From Aplysia californica (taxonomy: Eukaryota), in the NCBI RefSeq assembly GCF_000002075.1, contig NW_004798203.1:103308-167307 (forward strand): a stretch of 64,000 nt of DNA, in the 5' to 3' direction. The notes under the pieces are model-generated. The model worked only from the letters and a program-made list of their open reading frames with translations, was not told the DNA's origin and did not search any database. The stretch's first letter is position 1. Each line of letters begins with the position of its first letter. The translations under genes and the position numbers were made by a program. Below, one piece after another: positions 25,828 to 64,000 of this stretch.

Positions 25828-27235
25828 GTATCATGAAGTGATATTTGTCAGATTTAAAGGAAAAATAAGTGATCAATTACAACTTTCAAAATTCTTGCAC
25901 AAAAACAGCACTGTTCAAGCTGTAAAATGCCTTTGACTTAATCAGAAGTGAAAAACACTTGAAACAGATCAAATTATAACATACAGTTTATTTCTTATAT
26001 TTTTCCAGACATTGATGATGTCTGTATCCCTCAGACACAATGGATAACTGATACATAAGATGTTTTTGAGGGGTGAATGTATGTTTTACTGTGTCCGTGA
26101 GACATCATCATAAACAAGCTGAGCTGACACTACAAGCGTAGATCGAGACAAACAGGACACTTAATTAGTAAAGCTATGGGTGTCCATTTACCCCCATCCG
26201 TTTATGAGACCAGAAGCAGGTTAGTGGATAGCCTAAGCCTTCAACTTTGACCAAAGACAATCGAAGCATAGGAATTATACCGAAATGCATTTATAGAAAT
26301 TTTTCTAAACTTGTTATAGTCACGTTTAATAACAGCTTCCTATGAGGACCCCCCCCCCCAACACCCCAATCTAATTTTGCTATTTTCCTGTTTAAATTCT
26401 TCTGAGCATCACTATCTATTGACAGAGCTAACCTTTTTCATCATTTGCCTTTATACTGCAGTCCGTCAGCATAATCAAACACAGCGTGTCTACCACTGAG
26501 ATCACTAGATAGTGTCAGCAGGGTCCAGCAAACGCTCCTGCTGGGGATAAATTTGATGTCCACAACACATGTAACCAGAACAAACTGGCTTCAGTTATGG
26601 ATTTATTCTAATCTAAATCAAATTCTCTTTTTCCCCCTTTATTCCTTTACGTAGTGAAAAAAAAAATCAACCTGCACCTCACCATTCCCCAAGATAGCAT
26701 GATAAATATTTATGAAGAAACCACTTAAAAGTCACAAGACGTTTCATTGTGGCGGCCAAGTGCACATCTGATATAACCAAGCTATTAATCTATGGCCATT
26801 AAAATGATTGTCATGATCAGCTCTGGCAAATTCCAACAAAAAAACTTTCCATTATGCTTTACATAGGGTGTAACCAGTTCATTCACAATTCCTGAGCATT
26901 GAAACAGGAATTAATATTATGACTCTTGTTCTGATTAACCCAGAGTAGAAATAAATAAAAAGAAAGCACAGCCATATGAAAAGACACAATATTGATCCAA
27001 ATGTACTGATTAAAAGGTGGCAAGTTTCTGCTATAAGCAAATAATCTCATTCATAGGAAACTAACAACAAAACTGCCAGGAGAAGAAATTGGCCTCGTAA
27101 TAGGTAGTTTTGAAACACATCTTGTTTCATTCTCAAGTTTGTTTCAAAACATCCCCACGGTGGCACGAGAGAGGAAGACTTGACTATACATGAGATAGAG
27201 ACAGCAAAAAAAGCAGCAAGATCGTCTGTCAAAAG

Positions 27236-61665
<34,430 letters not shown>

Positions 61666-62339
61666 GCCTTGTTAAAGCTTGAATTAGCAAGAACAGTAGA
61701 ACAGCAGCATAAAGCTACACGAGTCTCACAGGGGCATCTGTGGAAGACAAAATTCATAACTGAAAAAGTAAAAGACAATGGATATCTTTCGAATGAATAA
61801 AATCATAAAATGTTAGGACTGTTTTAAAATGAAAACAACGCTCGCCCAAGACCTCTGTACAAACGACCACCGTCCACTTCACCCTTTTTGTTTAAATTTC
61901 TTTATTATGGTGAAAACTGTCCGAGAGTGCCACATGTCTAAGATACCATTTTTCTCACTCGACAGTGGTTGCATATCTTTGACAAGTTCAATTGCTAAAA
62001 TCCTGAATACTTAGAAGTCAATAATGATGAACATAAATTACACACATGTCATGTAACAAATCAGCGCACGGCACCAGTATTTAGTCATTACACTTAGGAT
62101 TAAAATTTCTTATCACCTTGCTTCAATGGACCATTTAGTAGGAATACACATGATAAAAAAGCTGTGTTTGTCAATTTGGAGAAACTTTGCGGGCAATTAC
62201 ATGTTTTCTCTGAACCTGTGAAAACTTTTTTTTTAGGAAAGCGTTTTACGAAGCTCGCAACTGCATAAGGTGATATGAGTGCGTGAGACACACCAAACAT
62301 TTTCAGTTGGAAGAAAATTTTGAATTTTGCTCGGGTGGC

Positions 62340-62660
62340 GGCCGAAGCCTACTTTTATCGATTTTAGACCACCAAGGGATCTTTAACGTGCCCAACGTGC
62401 ATACAGGACCTCCAAGATTTTTCGCTCTTGTCTGAGAAGGCTAGTAGATCTTACACTACCAAGATCAGGGGTGTGGCTGAAAGACAGCAGCAGTAAGCAG
62501 GAGCCATGAAGTAGCGGTTAGAAAGGCTGCAGAAGGAGTCAGGAGCCCAGAGGAGGGGGCAAAGGAGGTGAAGGGGAGGGGGCAGAAAGTGGAGACGAAA
62601 GCAGACGACAGAACACTGTCAGAGAGAAGGGAAAGGAGGTGAAAGGAATTGTTTAGCAGA
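62340..62660 (-). mobile_element. SINE body related to the 1-154 element
   Basis: gaaagcagacgacagaacact similarity with 1-70; gggatctttaacgtgc motif. Confidence 0.55.
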
Positions 62661-63214
62661 CAGCATTCCAGGTTATCGCATAATTGTCTGGTTGTCCAAT
62701 TTTAGGCCAAATGTGTGCCAACTGACGGTATGACGTACGTGACGGTATGCAGTACATAGGCTCTAGATCTAGATTTTCTAGATCTAAATCTAGCTGTAGA
62801 TCTAGATCTAGATCTCTAGAGTAAAATTACCGGTTCGGTCAAAATAAGGACGAAAACAGGCACGTCGACTTTAAAGCTTTATATCTCCTATCTGCCTTGC
62901 CCTAGAGACAAACCGAAACCAGCTACAGGAAGCCCTGTGATTGGATGACCCCAGGAATAACCTGTTTCAGCTTGTTCTCATATTTGAGGCCCTTACTGGG
63001 TGCAAAAGTGACGCCCGATTTATTAAAGTGTTCGGTCACATTTTTTTTGGTTTTCTCATGGATTCGGGCAGTGTTTTGACATTCGGTCATTTTCAATTAT
63101 TATCACATTTTTTTCTTTGCAAGCTTAATATGATTTTTAATGCTTGTTATCAACACTTGGACACAATGATAGTTTGTCTAAAGTGGTTTTCACCATTTAT
63201 AGCTATTTTAATGA

Positions 63215-63400
63215 GTATGTATCTGACCCACTCTACTACGTGGTATCTCTGACTCTACTACACTGGCATCTGGCTCACTCAACTACACTGGTATCTCTGA
63301 CTCTGCTACACTGAATATCTGACTGTATTACACACTGGTATCTGACTCTACTACCCTGGTGTCTGACTGAGCTAATATGCTGTATCTGACTCTACTGTTA
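63215..63400. repeat. ~22-bp minisatellite (tatctgactctactacactgg)
   Basis: About 8 degenerate units. Confidence 0.8.
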
Positions 63401-63739
63401 TTTAAATTATGCACAAATTCTTAATTCTTTATTATATAACCATTGGCACTATATTATCTTATGTGCCCGAAGGATGAGAAACTACGGATTTTATGTTACA
63501 ATCCGGGCACCCCCCCTTTGGGCAAAAACGGCGAGGCTGAACTGCAAATTCTCTTTCATCCTTGATGGGGCCTATGCAAATAACTCTCCAGCTTTCAGAG
63601 TTTACCAAAACGTAGAATCTAGGCCACAGGCTCCTCCATCCACAACCAATGTTAACTCTTCCAGGGAAACAGCTTCACGCCGTTTTGCTCAGTTGATGAA
63701 GAAAAAGCTGTCTTAAGGACTATTTTTAGCAAAATATCG

Positions 63740-64000
63740 CCGTAAATGTTGTTTCAACGAAAGTAAGGGAGGTTGTTTTAGGTTTGTGGGTAAGATTGTA
63801 CTTTACCGGACCACCGGTCGGAACTACTTTCGCTATGGCGCCCCTAGTGCCTAGTGGCCCGCTATTCTTCGTTTCTGAGCTCCCCTACTCAGTCTCCTAC
63901 TCAGTTTTCTACGTCCTCACTCTTCAACTGCCAGCAATCGACTGACGTCTCTTACCGGGTTTTTCAGTCATCATGACCGTGCCACCGTGCCCTTTGACTC
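63740..64000 (-). promoter_or_regulatory. Candidate promoter / non-coding first exon region of PI3K-C2
   Basis: Locally CpG-rich; minus-strand donor-like sites ccg|gtaaag (63805-63806) and ccg|gtaaga (63954-63955). An upstream non-coding exon is implied by the acceptor at 61738. Confidence 0.35.

Noticed and set aside
63835-63945. Short + strand ORF MAPLVPSG...
   Set aside because: About 36 codons, no homology or donor support; more likely promoter/UTR sequence.

Overview
Eukaryotic (animal) genomic DNA. It is most consistent with a lophotrochozoan, probably a mollusc; this is an inference from the nuclear-receptor motifs and repeat types. Two intron-containing genes lie tail-to-tail. (1) On the + strand is the 3' part of an NR1-like nuclear receptor: T-box, a very long hinge and the ligand-binding domain, in 4 coding exons at 3017-9658. 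Its zinc-finger exons must lie upstream of the window. (2) On the - strand is a complete class II phosphoinositide 3-kinase (PIK3C2A/Pi3K68D-type), reconstructed by hand as 35 GT-AG coding exons with consistent phases (61665 to 27236, 5766 nt, about 1921 aa). The rest is a dense transposable-element landscape: a decayed full-length mariner, a Sola-like transposase relic, P-like MITEs with 7-bp TSDs, a second MITE family, hAT- and piggyBac-like elements, tRNA-derived SINEs, RTE LINE fragments, and mini- and microsatellites. There are three N gaps and one probable haplotype false duplication. The main observations are a DFG-to-DFS change in an otherwise intact PI3K kinase domain, a tandem array of duplicated splice acceptors that would give DBD-only receptor isoforms, a giant receptor hinge exon, and a possible ~14-kb TE-laden PI3K 3' UTR. 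No prokaryotic-type system (CRISPR etc.) is present.
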